From contig JBLNDL010000057.1 of NCBI GenBank assembly GCA_050261575.1, positions 1-64,000 of the forward strand: a stretch of 64,000 bases of DNA, given 5' to 3'. This document shows, piece by piece, positions 16,902 through 26,353 of this stretch; position 1 is the first letter of the stretch; the number at the start of each line of letters is the position of its first letter. This DNA is from Sphingomonadaceae bacterium (GTDB taxonomy: Bacteria; Chloroflexota; UBA6077). Below the pieces are notes generated by a model. The model was not told the DNA's origin, did not search any database, and was given only the letters and a program-made list of their open reading frames with translations. Both the position numbers and the translations under genes were made by a program.

Positions 16902-18572
16902 TCATAGTGGGCGCCTCCAGATGCTCACCTTCGGCAGCGCAACTGGCGCCCTTGCCCTGCGCCGGCGAGTCCGACTGTGGGTGAGCTCCCGCCAGGACCA
17001 GAAGCTCGCGTCGGCCAGGTCAAGGGGCTTCGTCTTGGGAAACCGCTTGAGCGCGGCCTCGATGATGGCGTGGGTCGACCCGACCCTCCTGATGACGTGG
17101 ACGATCCGGCCGAGCTGGTAGTCCGCGAGCTGCTGGTTCTGCCGGTGGACCTTGGGGCCCTCGCCGCCGGCTTTCCGTGAGACCATAGTCGGGGGGCGTC
17201 TCCTGCCGTGGAACTCGAGGATCTCCTTGGTGTCGGGATCGCCCAGGAGGTCGCGCCAGGCCCCCTCGTAGGTGTCCTTCCAAGTGTCCCCGCCCTGGTC
17301 CGTCTCCACGACAACCTTCGATCCCCTGAACTCAGCCGCCTTGAGCAGGGCAAGCCCGATCGCCTCCCGCGGGCTCGCTCGCTCCTCCCACGAGAACAGG
17401 CGGTACACGGTGTACTCGTCGCCCGGGCCCCAACGGATCCCATCGACGTTGACCCCATGACAGTCGGACTCGTCGGTATCCGAGACGGCAGGGTCAACGG
17501 CCACGACGACCTCGTCGAGGTCGGGGAGGTCCTCCTCGCGGATGTGGCGGAACTCGATGTCGTCGTAGAGACCACCAGGGGGTGCAGCGACCTCCTGTTG
17601 AGACTCCGCTTTGAAGGCGGCTAGGCCGATCGTGTTGATGAGGCCCTCGCAGGCCTCTAGGTCCTGACCCTCCCAGGTGGGCGTGCCGGCGACGACGACC
17701 CAGATCCGGCGGCCCTCGAACTCGCGGGTCTCGTAGGCAGCGCCCTCCAGAGCCACGTAGGGGCCGGAAACGATCCGGTCCTGGAGGAAATCGGCTCGGC
17801 CGTCGACCAGTCGGGAGGCGATCGAGTCGGGATGGATCAGGTTCTGGACGAACAGGACTACCAGATCGTTTGACCCTGCGGGGAGGATCTTGGTCGTGAG
17901 GTCCCGGGTCTTCTTGGCCGTCGTCTTGGGGGAGTCGGAGCCGTCGTCGATATCGTCGACGATGATGAGGTCGGGCCGGACGTCCTCGAGCTTGATACCT
18001 CGAGCTGCGGTGTCCAGGCCGAGGGCGTCGACGGTGTAGCCGGCCGCAGTGCGGAGGCGGTTTCTCCTCCACCCCTTGCTGTTGCCAAACTTGGAGAGCA
18101 GCCTGCTGGCCATCAGGGGGTAGACCCGGCCGAAGGCCGCGGACTCAAGCATGGAGCCCATGTTGCCAACGTGGTCGTCGGCCTTGTCCTGGATCCCCGA
18201 GACATAAAGACAGTAGCGACGGCTGCGGCGAGCCCCCATGGCGACGGCGGCGAGCTCGGCCGTCGTCGACTTGCCTCCGCCCCTCGGCCATATCGCGACG
18301 AAGGGTCGGGAGCGCACTCCCAGCTTGACTGACCAGGCCCAATTCCAGAGCTCACGATGGCGCTCGGCGAAGGGGATTGGCTCGTCAGTGTCCTTGCGGG
18401 AGACGTAGCGGCGAAAGAGGGTTCTGAGCCAGACCTCCCAATCGGCCTCGAGGCGATCCCGATCGAGTTCGGTGAGACTCTCGACGTCCTCGAGCCGATG
18501 GGGCCGGGCGGCCAGGCGGGTCTCCACCGCGGCGAGGCCGGCCATGAGATCGATCGGGGCGATGGCCGGCAT
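16902..18572 (-). CDS. Terminase large subunit
   Basis: Walker A PRGGGKST, Walker B IIVDD, nuclease VAVDPA..DLADA. Confidence 0.92.
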   Translation of the reverse strand: MPAIAPIDLMAGLAAVETRLAARPHRLEDVESLTELDRDRLEADWEVWLRTLFRRYVSRKDTDEPIPFAERHRELWNWAWSVKLGVRSRPFVAIWPRGGGKSTTAELAAVAMGARRSRRYCLYVSGIQDKADDHVGNMGSMLESAAFGRVYPLMASRLLSKFGNSKGWRRNRLRTAAGYTVDALGLDTAARGIKLEDVRPDLIIVDDIDDGSDSPKTTAKKTRDLTTKILPAGSNDLVVLFVQNLIHPDSIASRLVDGRADFLQDRIVSGPYVALEGAAYETREFEGRRIWVVVAGTPTWEGQDLEACEGLINTIGLAAFKAESQQEVAAPPGGLYDDIEFRHIREEDLPDLDEVVVAVDPAVSDTDESDCHGVNVDGIRWGPGDEYTVYRLFSWEERASPREAIGLALLKAAEFRGSKVVVETDQGGDTWKDTYEGAWRDLLGDPDTKEILEFHGRRRPPTMVSRKAGGEGPKVHRQNQQLADYQLGRIVHVIRRVGSTHAIIEAALKRFPKTKPLDLADASFWSWRELTHSRTRRRRARAPVALPKVSIWRRPL

Positions 18573-18573
18573 C

Positions 18574-19305
18574 CTAGGCCCTCCTCCGGAAGGGAACGAT
18601 CTTCTCCGTCTCCCCCTGGACGTAGGCCCGGGCGATCTCCTCGGCCTGGGCGAGTACTTCGTCTTCGGCGATCCCGTAGGCCTCGGCGATCCGCCTCGCC
18701 TCCGCGCGGACCATGGCGATATCGATCTTGGTCCGATCGGTCTCCATCTCCGCGGCGAGCCGGCGCATCCGTTGCGCGAGTTCGAGCATCTTGACCGCGG
18801 TGCCGAAGTTCCACCGGCCAGGCTCGACGATGGTGGTGACGATCGTCTTCCCGTCCCTCTCAACCGTCATGCTCTTGACGGCGGCCAGGGGGAACTCGAG
18901 CATCTCCCTGGCCTTGGCGATCAGCTTCTCCGCATACTCGACCTCTTCCCTCGGGATCCGTTTCCTGACCTCGGACCAGTAGGCGGCCTCCTCCCTCTGG
19001 ATCCGCTCGATCTCCTCCCGCTTGAGCTTGTCCAGGTAGGCGTCGAATGCCTCGGCCCTGGCGACCCAGGTGTACTCGGATGCCCAGTAGTGCCATCGCC
19101 GAATGCACTTGGCCCGCTCGCCAATCCCCTCCCGGTGGAGACAGGTCCTCAGGTGGTTCGCATAGGCGCGATCATAGGACCGCTCGGAAGGCGGGAGGTC
19201 TCGGTAGTGGCAGAAGGCGTCATAGGCCTGCCTGGATTCACCCTTCACATAGGGCGTCCGGGAACCGCGGATCCGCTCCCAGACCTGCGGCGTCTCGTCG
19301 CTCAC
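18574..19305 (-). CDS. Terminase small subunit (putative)
   Basis: GESRQAYDAFCHYRDL..W..RAEAFD pattern; GTGA-coupled start; directly upstream of TerL. Confidence 0.75.
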   Translation of the reverse strand: MSDETPQVWERIRGSRTPYVKGESRQAYDAFCHYRDLPPSERSYDRAYANHLRTCLHREGIGERAKCIRRWHYWASEYTWVARAEAFDAYLDKLKREEIERIQREEAAYWSEVRKRIPREEVEYAEKLIAKAREMLEFPLAAVKSMTVERDGKTIVTTIVEPGRWNFGTAVKMLELAQRMRRLAAEMETDRTKIDIAMVRAEARRIAEAYGIAEDEVLAQAEEIARAYVQGETEKIVPFRRRA

Positions 19306-20597
19306 AGCTCTCCCTCTAGGAGTGGTTCTAGGCCCATCTTGGCGAGGCGCTCGAGGGCAAGGGCCCCGTTGACCGGCTCGAGCTCGACGACTCTGGCCAA
19401 TCTTCCGGTCCGCTCCGCGGCGACGATGGTGGTTCCGGACCCTGCGAACAGGTCGAGGACGACGTCGCCGGCGTCGGTGTAGTCTCTGAGGAGTTCCTCG
19501 ATCAGAGGAACGGGCTTCTGGTTTCGGTGGACCCGCTTCCTCGTCCCCTCGGGCTCGTTCTCCAGGCCGAAGATCCCCGCCCACCGGTGGCGGAAAATCC
19601 GCCGGCGGTGCCGGACCCGCGACCACATGAGCTCGAAGCAGGACCCGTGGATCCGGTCGGCAGTCTCGTCGAGCCGCTTGTCCCAGACCATCCAGGCGCC
19701 GGAGTGCTCGGTGTCGGGCAGGGTGCGGGCGTAGTAGTCGGCCCCGAACCAGAACTGCTCGGCGACCTGGCCGTACAGGACGAGATAGGGGCGGGCATCG
19801 AAGTCGACGTCGTCGCCAGCGACGGGTTCGTACTCCTTGCTCCCCTCTAGGCCGGCGATCTTGGAGCGCATGGGCGGGAAGTGGTCGTCGAGGCGCATCC
19901 CGTATGGGGGGTCGTTGACCATGAGGCGAGGTCTCGCCCCGTCCAGGAGACGGCGGGCCACGATGGGGTCCTCGGCCCTGCCGACGATCAGGACATGGGA
20001 ATGTCCTGGCGACGTCGTCGAGGGGACAATCCAGGTCTGGCCGGTCCGGACGTCCCACTTCTCGAGGACCTCGCGCTCTCGACCCATCGTAGGCTCGGGA
20101 GAGCCCATCCGATCGGCCGCGGCCTCGATCTCGGCCTCCCGATCGGCGGCGTTGGCCTGCTCGACGAGCCGCTGGACCAGGTCGGCCGGGAGGATCCCCT
20201 CGACGGCCTTATCGTTGGCGGCGACGAAGTCGCGGATCCTGGCGGCATTCCAGCCGGCGAGCTCGGCCGCACGGTTGTCGTAGAGGGAGAGCCGCCGCTT
20301 CTGGTCATCATCAAGATCGGTACGCTGGACGACGACCCATCGGCGGCCGTCAGAGGGGACGACGATGACCTCCTCGATCCCGGCCTCGGCCAGGGCCTCC
20401 CAGGTGCCATTCCCCGCCAGGATCCGGAGATTCTCGTCGACGACGCCGGACCGGCAGGCCCCTACCTGGTGGAGGGCGTCGACGATCATCCCGATGTTGG
20501 CCGGGTTGTGCTCCCGAGCGTTGTCCGGATCGGGTGATAGCTGTGAGAGATGGAGGACTTGGATCCCGTCGGGGGACGGGAAAGGGGTGTCTGTCAT
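19302..20597 (-). CDS. ParB-like N-domain plus N4/N6 DNA methyltransferase
   Basis: PDNAREH..ILAGNG; DPPY catalytic motif; HRNQKP; DLFAGSGTT. Confidence 0.9.
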   Translation of the reverse strand: MTDTPFPSPDGIQVLHLSQLSPDPDNAREHNPANIGMIVDALHQVGACRSGVVDENLRILAGNGTWEALAEAGIEEVIVVPSDGRRWVVVQRTDLDDDQKRRLSLYDNRAAELAGWNAARIRDFVAANDKAVEGILPADLVQRLVEQANAADREAEIEAAADRMGSPEPTMGREREVLEKWDVRTGQTWIVPSTTSPGHSHVLIVGRAEDPIVARRLLDGARPRLMVNDPPYGMRLDDHFPPMRSKIAGLEGSKEYEPVAGDDVDFDARPYLVLYGQVAEQFWFGADYYARTLPDTEHSGAWMVWDKRLDETADRIHGSCFELMWSRVRHRRRIFRHRWAGIFGLENEPEGTRKRVHRNQKPVPLIEELLRDYTDAGDVVLDLFAGSGTTIVAAERTGRLARVVELEPVNGALALERLAKMGLEPLLEGEL

Positions 20598-20633
20598 GGC
20601 TTCACCTACCAAGATCCATTTTAGGGCGTCGAG

Positions 20634-20909
20634 CTAGACCCTCTTGTCCGATGGCGCCAGAATTGGCCCTCCCATGACCCTCTTCTCGAGGCCGGCCAGC
20701 CTGGCCGCTGCATGCCGGCGATGGCCGGCGACGATCCAGCCCGCGGGCGTGACAAGCAACGGCTGGAGGACTCCCTGGACCCGGACGGAGGCAGCCAGCT
20801 CTCCCGCCGTCGAGGGGTCCACCGGGCCGCGGGGGTTGAGGGGATTGGGCTTGAGACTGGCCAAGGGCCAGGTCTCCATGATGTCGGTTCTCTCTACGAT
20901 GTTCAGCAC
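20634..20909 (-). pseudogene. Truncated ParB/Srx domain protein
   Basis: [28 protein letters not shown], then similarity is lost and a stop follows. Confidence 0.6.
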
Positions 20910-21238
20910 GGTGCTGTTCCTCCTCCTGACGCGTGGTGTTGGCCAGGCGCCGGAGCATCGAGCCCGATGGCGACCTGGGCAAGCAGAATGACGCCGGCCG
21001 CACAGTTGAGGGCCGTCTCCGCTTGCTGGAGCATCGAGACAACCCGGCAGTAGTCCTCGGCCAGCTCGCTGCCGGCGGCCATGGCGGCGGTCCGGCCGAC
21101 GATTTCCAGCCTCCTTTCGTTGATCCTTCTGGCGCCACTACGGCAAGCCTGGAGGGCGGCCTCCAGGAGAGGGTCGCCGCCCGTGGTTCGCTCGGTCCTC
21201 GCCCTGCGGATGAGCCGACGAATCACTTGGCTGAGCAT
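20903..21238 (-). CDS. Hypothetical phage protein
   Basis: RBS GGAGG before MLSQVI; overlaps both neighbours. Confidence 0.5.
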   Translation of the reverse strand: MLSQVIRRLIRRARTERTTGGDPLLEAALQACRSGARRINERRLEIVGRTAAMAAGSELAEDYCRVVSMLQQAETALNCAAGVILLAQVAIGLDAPAPGQHHASGGGTAPC

Positions 21239-21549
21239 GCTGGCAAGCCCTCCGTCGGACTCGTCATCTCCGCCAGGCACTCCTTCACCATGGCGAGTTC
21301 CCGTTGTAGTGCGGCGATCGCGAGCTCGTGGGCCATTCGCCAGTCGGTGCAGTGCGGACATATGCCGTGGGTGAACCCGAACCGGACTCTGAGGACCCGG
21401 CCGATCCGCCAGGACACCAGCCACGTGAGGACCGGGGCCCCGACGAACCGCACGTACCGGCCGCGGACTCGAATCCCCCCACACCATGAACACTGTCCGA
21501 TCAAGAGCTCGGCCCGAACCAGGGGCCGCCGAAACTGTGCATGCAGCAT
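21223..21549 (-). CDS. Zn-finger-like phage protein
   Basis: CSWC..THGICPHC; RBS GAGGAGG. Confidence 0.65.
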   Translation of the reverse strand: MLHAQFRRPLVRAELLIGQCSWCGGIRVRGRYVRFVGAPVLTWLVSWRIGRVLRVRFGFTHGICPHCTDWRMAHELAIAALQRELAMVKECLAEMTSPTEGLPACSAK

Positions 21550-21559
21550 GGGACCCTCC

Positions 21560-22045
21560 TCAGACACTTAGGCCCGCATATGTGAACAAGGAGACCGGCT
21601 CGAGCGTGGCAGGCCCGAGCGGCTTCGGTTCGACCCCTTGGAGGGGGCGGGCATGGACGACACGGGCGATCTCAAAGCGCACCACCCAGAAGGATCCGCC
21701 CGATTGTCGCCACTCACAGAACCAATCCCAGGAGAACGTCTCGGGGGTGACCTTCTCGCCGAAGATCGTCTTGGGACGGACCTCCGGGTGCTCGTAGAGG
21801 TATTTGAACCCCTCCAGGACGTAGTCGCAGTCGGGCATCTGCGCGATCAGCTCGAGGTAGGGCCGACGTGTCAGGCGGATATCGGCGACGTGGGCCCCTC
21901 TGTAGCGGGGATGCCGATCGTAAGCCTTGACGAGCTCGCCCGACCGGAACCGTTGGGCGAAGTCGGGGTCCCAGTCACGACGGGTGACACGCTTCACGCC
22001 GGCAAGCAGGGCAGGGGTCGTGTAGGCGAAAGACAGAATTCTCAT
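21560..22045 (-). CDS. ASCH/PUA-like domain protein
   Basis: LSF..LLAGVKRVTRRDW..EGF..WVVRF motif. Confidence 0.7.
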   Translation of the reverse strand: MRILSFAYTTPALLAGVKRVTRRDWDPDFAQRFRSGELVKAYDRHPRYRGAHVADIRLTRRPYLELIAQMPDCDYVLEGFKYLYEHPEVRPKTIFGEKVTPETFSWDWFCEWRQSGGSFWVVRFEIARVVHARPLQGVEPKPLGPATLEPVSLFTYAGLSV

Positions 22046-22046
22046 G

Positions 22047-22394
22047 TCAGCCCTCCAGGACCTTGCCCAATCGGTCCAGGGCGGCGGCGCTGATGAGACC
22101 GTCGATGTTCACACATCTACATCGCGGCTCTACCCAAACCGCTCCCGGCTCAGGATCCATTACCTGAGCCGTGGCGATTGCGCCGCACTCCAGACACGGG
22201 TACTGATTGCTCTCCAGGGCGTTCTCCAGTCTCCGCACCGTCGCCCCAACCTGGTGGATCGGCCGGACGATGCAAGCCGTGTAGCCGTCGTCCCCGTCCG
22301 CCTGCGTCTTGCTGTTAACGAACTCCTCCTCGATGGCTGCGGCGATCGCGTTGTAGTCGGCGATGATTTCCTGGACCCGATCGACCGTCCGCAC
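22047..22394 (-). CDS. Hypothetical phage protein (Cys motifs)
   Basis: Co-oriented ORF with RBS; CLEC..CRC. Confidence 0.55.
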   Translation of the reverse strand: MRTVDRVQEIIADYNAIAAAIEEEFVNSKTQADGDDGYTACIVRPIHQVGATVRRLENALESNQYPCLECGAIATAQVMDPEPGAVWVEPRCRCVNIDGLISAAALDRLGKVLEG

Positions 22395-22910
22395 GCCCCC
22401 CCATGTAGGAGCGGCCGAAAGGCTCGGACTCGTTGATCAGGACGTCGATCTCGTCGTCGTTGTAGTGGCGCTTGCTCATGACGCGACAGACCTCCTTCAG
22501 AGTGGGTTGACGTAGGTCATTTCGTTGTGACCCTCGAGGGCCATCTTGCGGAAGCGCTGCTGGATCCAGGCGATCAGGACCGTAATGGGATGTCATAGGA
22601 ACTGGTGGACGCCGAACAGCAGAGACTTCGTCCCGACCCTCATTCTCCGCCTCCGCAGGCCTCCGCGGATTCGCGGCGTCTTGCGGCGTTGGGCGCCGGG
22701 ACCCCCCGTGCCTCGCACTCCAATCGAACGCACTCCCGGCAGGCAGGCCAGGCGGCGAGGAGGCACTGGGAGGTTGGCGGGGGGACCGAAACAAGCTCAG
22801 CCTTGCATCGGGCGATCCCGCCGTAAGGCCGACGCTCGGCCTGGGGGTCGAGGGCATGCCGGATGAGGGGCCCGTTGCCGGCGGGGATCCCCCAAAGGGT
22901 CGTCGCCGTG

Positions 22911-23504
22911 TTAGGGTCGCTGTTTGCAGTTGCCATTGCGTCGGTTCTCCCTGTTGCCGCCTGGCCAACGCCGGCTGGTTCTTCTGGCGACCGTCTCGGC
23001 CGCGATGATCGGGTTGACGGGGCGAGGAGCGATCAGGCCCTTTCGGGCCAGGACCCTCTCGACCAGGAGGAGGGCCCGCCCGTCATCGATCATGTCTGGA
23101 GAGATGCGGTAGAGTTCCCATCCGAGTTCAAGTGCTCGGTTGTGCTTCTCGATATCCCGAAGGATCCCCGAAACCGAGGTATGCCCCCCGATCAGGGGTC
23201 GGCCGCAGGCGCGGCAGTTGGATCTCGGCCCCGTCCCGAAAAGGCCCCCCTCCAGCTCGAAGCCGACCTGGATCGACACATATGCCCGGTCCACCCTGTA
23301 GTCCCGTTCGGGGTCGAACCGGTACTCGTGGACCGCCGGCGGGAGGCAGTCGGCCTCCAGGAGCAGGTCGAAGTTTGCCTCGAGCTTGGTGGACCCATCC
23401 TGCCCTCTGGGCACCCGCAGCCGGGGCTTCTGCTGGTACCGGTGTCCCTGGGGGATCTCCAGGACCCGCGGTCGATCCCGATCAGTTGCCACGGGATCGT
23501 CCAA
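22911..23504 (-). CDS. PD-(D/E)xK endonuclease (Vsr/DUF559-like, possible resolvase)
   Basis: EYRFDPERDYRVD..FELEGG..GH..RDIEKHN..LGW motif. Confidence 0.75.
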   Translation of the reverse strand: MDDPVATDRDRPRVLEIPQGHRYQQKPRLRVPRGQDGSTKLEANFDLLLEADCLPPAVHEYRFDPERDYRVDRAYVSIQVGFELEGGLFGTGPRSNCRACGRPLIGGHTSVSGILRDIEKHNRALELGWELYRISPDMIDDGRALLLVERVLARKGLIAPRPVNPIIAAETVARRTSRRWPGGNRENRRNGNCKQRP

Positions 23505-23640
23505 CTCGGCGCTCGATCATTTCCACCAGACCGGCGATGACCAATCCGAAGACGAACAGAACGGCGAGCAACAGCTCGGCTTTCTCCTCGGGGGTGATGA
23601 AGCGATCCATCAGGTGTTCAGCTTGCTCGAGGAAGTCCAT
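23482..23640 (-). CDS. Small membrane protein
   Basis: RBS GGAGG; one hydrophobic segment. Confidence 0.45.
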   Translation of the reverse strand: MDFLEQAEHLMDRFITPEEKAELLLAVLFVFGLVIAGLVEMIERRVGRSRGN

Positions 23641-23993
23641 CTCTCTCGCGCCTCCTTCGTGAGAGTCTGGAGCAGGGTGTTGGCAACGACCCAGGTACCG
23701 TGAACGCGCCGGGCCATGACCGCAGTTCCGGCGGCCTCCCTGTTCTCGCCGCGGGCCAGGTGGAGCTGGAACTTTCCTGCGAAGTAGCGGTGGATCTCGG
23801 CGAGGTCGCACTCGAGCCGGCCCGCCATTGAGATCGGGTCACTCCCGAACACGACCGGCGTGGCGAGGGCCCTCTTGAGCTCACGCTCGATCTCCTGGTT
23901 GGCGTGCCGGCGGGCAGCACGCCATCCCCATACGATCCCGACGGTGATGAGGAACCAGGCGCAGACGATCAGGATCCAGACGTCGACGTACAA
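23610..23993 (-). CDS. Hypothetical membrane-anchored protein
   Basis: RBS AGGAGG before TTG; N-terminal TM helix. Confidence 0.55.
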   Translation of the reverse strand: MYVDVWILIVCAWFLITVGIVWGWRAARRHANQEIERELKRALATPVVFGSDPISMAGRLECDLAEIHRYFAGKFQLHLARGENREAAGTAVMARRVHGTWVVANTLLQTLTKEARERWTSSSKLNT

Positions 23994-24391
23994 GACGGGC
24001 CTCCTCTCTTGCCCTTGCGGGCGGCGTAGCGGATTCTCTCCTCGGCGTTGTGGCACTCACGGCATTCCGGCCGGCGGCCGTCGGCGTTGCGAGCTAGCCG
24101 GCTGAACTCCTCAAGTCGCTTCTCGCGACCACACTTGGAGCAGACCTTGGTTCCGCGGGCGGCGAGCTCGGCGGCTCTCCTCCTGGCCGCGATCCGCTCG
24201 GCCCGTTCGGCCTGGTGGATCCGTTGGAGGGTCTCAGCGGCCAGGGCGAAGGCGCCGACAGTCGGGCGGCCGGCGAACCTCTCCAGGATCAGGTCCCGGA
24301 GCTCCGAGCCCGGACCCATCAGGGCGGCCAGGAGGCGACAGGCCCCCTCGTAGCTGGTCACGAGTTCGGGTTCCTGGCGCCCGCCGGACAT
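23969..24391 (-). CDS. Phage protein with treble-clef-like Zn finger
   Basis: KVCSKCGREK..EF..DG..ECRECH. Confidence 0.65.
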   Translation of the reverse strand: MSGGRQEPELVTSYEGACRLLAALMGPGSELRDLILERFAGRPTVGAFALAAETLQRIHQAERAERIAARRRAAELAARGTKVCSKCGREKRLEEFSRLARNADGRRPECRECHNAEERIRYAARKGKRGGPSCTSTSGS

Positions 24392-24396
24392 GACAA

Positions 24397-24504
24397 CTAG
24401 CCTTGGCCCTTCGCCCAGCAGTGTCGGCAACCTTCGCCGATCGGAGTACAACCATGAACCGGGTTCCAAGTCTTGGTCGCGTAGGGAATGGCTGTGTCAC
24501 CCAT
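24397..24504 (-). pseudogene. 35-aa remnant of Gp37/Gp68 (DUF5131) radical-SAM-like gene
   Basis: TAIPYATKTWNPVHGCTPIGEGCRHCWA matches the family N-terminal CX6CX2C motif, followed by a stop. Confidence 0.75.
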
Positions 24505-24688
24505 TGGAACTCTCCGTCGCCGGAATCGTCGCCGCCTTCTCCAAGTCCTCCGCAATCCGTTCTGCGATCGCCAGACCGGCCCTTGGATGCTGCCGGAAGA
24601 TCCCCTCCTCGGCGCCATGGAGGGTATCCTGCCGAGTTGCCTCTGCCAGTACGGCCATCATCGCTGCCTCTCGATGCTGTCTACTCAT
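24497..24688 (-). CDS. Small hypothetical protein
   Basis: ATGA coupling; RBS GGAGG. Confidence 0.5.
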   Translation of the reverse strand: MSRQHREAAMMAVLAEATRQDTLHGAEEGIFRQHPRAGLAIAERIAEDLEKAATIPATESSNG

Positions 24689-24846
24689 GGGTCGACGCCT
24701 CCACCTCCTGGAACCCGGGTAGCCGCTCGCCGCTCGGCCTCTAGGGTGCGGCCGTTCTTGGCGGCTGCGCGCCTCAGCTCCTCGGCGATCTCCGCGGCGA
24801 CCCCCTCGGCGATCTCCCGCGAGCTCGGTTTGTGCTGGTCCGTCAT
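24685..24846 (-). CDS. Small protein, Arc/RHH-like motif
   Basis: ELRRAAAKNGRTLEAE; ATGA-coupled to helicase stop. Confidence 0.5.
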   Translation of the reverse strand: MTDQHKPSSREIAEGVAAEIAEELRRAAAKNGRTLEAERRAATRVPGGGGVDP

Positions 24847-26342
24847 TGCTGGCGCTGTCCTTTCTTGCGGTTGTGGAACTCCCCGTAGGTCTCGATGGCT
24901 GGCGGTTGGTCGGGCGTCTCCGGCTCGTAGTCGGCATACTCCATGACCTCGGGCCTCCACACGAACCGGCAGATCTTTCCTGCCGGCGCGTTCCGGTTCT
25001 TGGAGATGATGATCTCGGCGATCCCCTTGTCCTCGGTATCCTTGTTGTAGACCTCGTCCCGGTAGATGAAGAGGATCGCGTGGGCATCCTGCTCGAGGGA
25101 TCCGGAGCCGCGGAGGTCCGAGGGGATGGGGCGCTTGTCCTGCCTGTACTCACAGGATCGCGACAGCTGAGAGACCACGACCACGGGAACATGGAGGGCC
25201 TTGGCCATGTCGCAGATGTTGTTTGAGACCTTGGTCAGAGCTCGATTCTCGTTTTCGCCTTCTTCGTCTCCGCCGGCGTCGCCGAGGCGCTGGACGTAGT
25301 CGATGGCCACGACGTCCAGGCCGACGGTCGCCTTCATGCGGGCGGCCCGTGACCGGATCTCCATGGAGGTCATCCCCGAGGCGTCGAAGATGTGGAGGCC
25401 ACGGGACCCGAGTTCCTGGACGACCTTGTTGACCAAGGCGCCAACGTTCCGCTCGGGATCGTCGGCATACGGGTCCTCGCCAGCGATCCTTCTCTCGAGC
25501 TCGTTCCCGTCGATCCCCAGGATGTTGGAGGCTTCCCTCCACACGATCTGCAGGGCGGTCATCTCAGCCGTGGCCAGGAAGGCTTTCTTGCCCTCCTTCG
25601 TCCACTTGCGGATGAGGCCCTGGAGCACCGTGGACTTGCCCATACCCGGCCGCGCGGCCAGGAGATAGACGCAGCCAGGCTTGAGGCCGTTGAGGAACCG
25701 ATCGAGGCGCGTTCCGGTCATCAGGCCGAGGGCCTCTTTCTTCGCCTCGCTGATCTTCAGGACTTGATCGATGAATAGGTTGACCAGATCTGCAGGGCCG
25801 TAGACGCCGGCGGACGCCTCGTCATGAAGGGCGTTCGAAAGGAGCTCGAAGGCCTTGACTGTCCCCTCCGCAAGATCCAGGGACTGATCGTAGAGGAGAG
25901 CTGCGATCTTTCCAGAAGCGGAGATCCCCCGCCGGCGGACAGCAGCATTCTTGACGAGCTTCGCGTAATGCTCGACGTGGACCGCAGTCGGGACGACACC
26001 GATCAGATGGGAGAGATAAGCGAGGCCTCCAACCTCCTCATAGACCCCATTGGCCCGGAGATCGTCGGAGATGGTGACGAAATCTGGAGGAATCGACCGA
26101 TCGGCGACACGCCGGACTGCGCTGAAGATTGCCGCGTTCCGGTCCCTGTAGAAGTCCTGGGCCGTCAAGAACGGGATGGAGTAGATCGCATGGGGATCCA
26201 TGAGCAGGGATCCGAGGACCGCCTCCTCTGCTTCAGTATTGATGGGAGGAAGGGCCTCGATCGGGTGCTGAGCGCCAATCGCCGCCCGCACGTGCTCGGC
26301 TGCCGCTTTGTCGGTCTGAGTGACTCTTGCTGTTCCGCTCAC
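24843..26342 (-). CDS. dnaB: Phage replicative DNA helicase, DnaB family
   Basis: EAEEAVLGSLL, AARPGMGKS, IDYVQ, SQLSR, SDLRGSGSLEQDA. Confidence 0.95.
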   Translation of the reverse strand: MSGTARVTQTDKAAAEHVRAAIGAQHPIEALPPINTEAEEAVLGSLLMDPHAIYSIPFLTAQDFYRDRNAAIFSAVRRVADRSIPPDFVTISDDLRANGVYEEVGGLAYLSHLIGVVPTAVHVEHYAKLVKNAAVRRRGISASGKIAALLYDQSLDLAEGTVKAFELLSNALHDEASAGVYGPADLVNLFIDQVLKISEAKKEALGLMTGTRLDRFLNGLKPGCVYLLAARPGMGKSTVLQGLIRKWTKEGKKAFLATAEMTALQIVWREASNILGIDGNELERRIAGEDPYADDPERNVGALVNKVVQELGSRGLHIFDASGMTSMEIRSRAARMKATVGLDVVAIDYVQRLGDAGGDEEGENENRALTKVSNNICDMAKALHVPVVVVSQLSRSCEYRQDKRPIPSDLRGSGSLEQDAHAILFIYRDEVYNKDTEDKGIAEIIISKNRNAPAGKICRFVWRPEVMEYADYEPETPDQPPAIETYGEFHNRKKGQRQQ

Positions 26343-26353
26343 GGGGTGTCTCC

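Noticed and set aside
18574..20058. Long N-terminal extensions in the ORF track for TerS, TerL, MuF, SucC, OFOR subunits and the Na/Pi transporter
   Set aside because: They overlap upstream genes or intergenic repeats; downstream starts with an SD or stop-start coupling were chosen
22315..22968. 217-aa minus-strand ORF and other small ORFs at 22400-22900 and 27450-27700
   Set aside because: No motifs and they overlap better-supported genes; small real genes may exist but cannot be supported
16902..26342. Additional inteins in terminase or DnaB
   Set aside because: Both proteins are of ordinary length and lack Hint block A/B/G motifs
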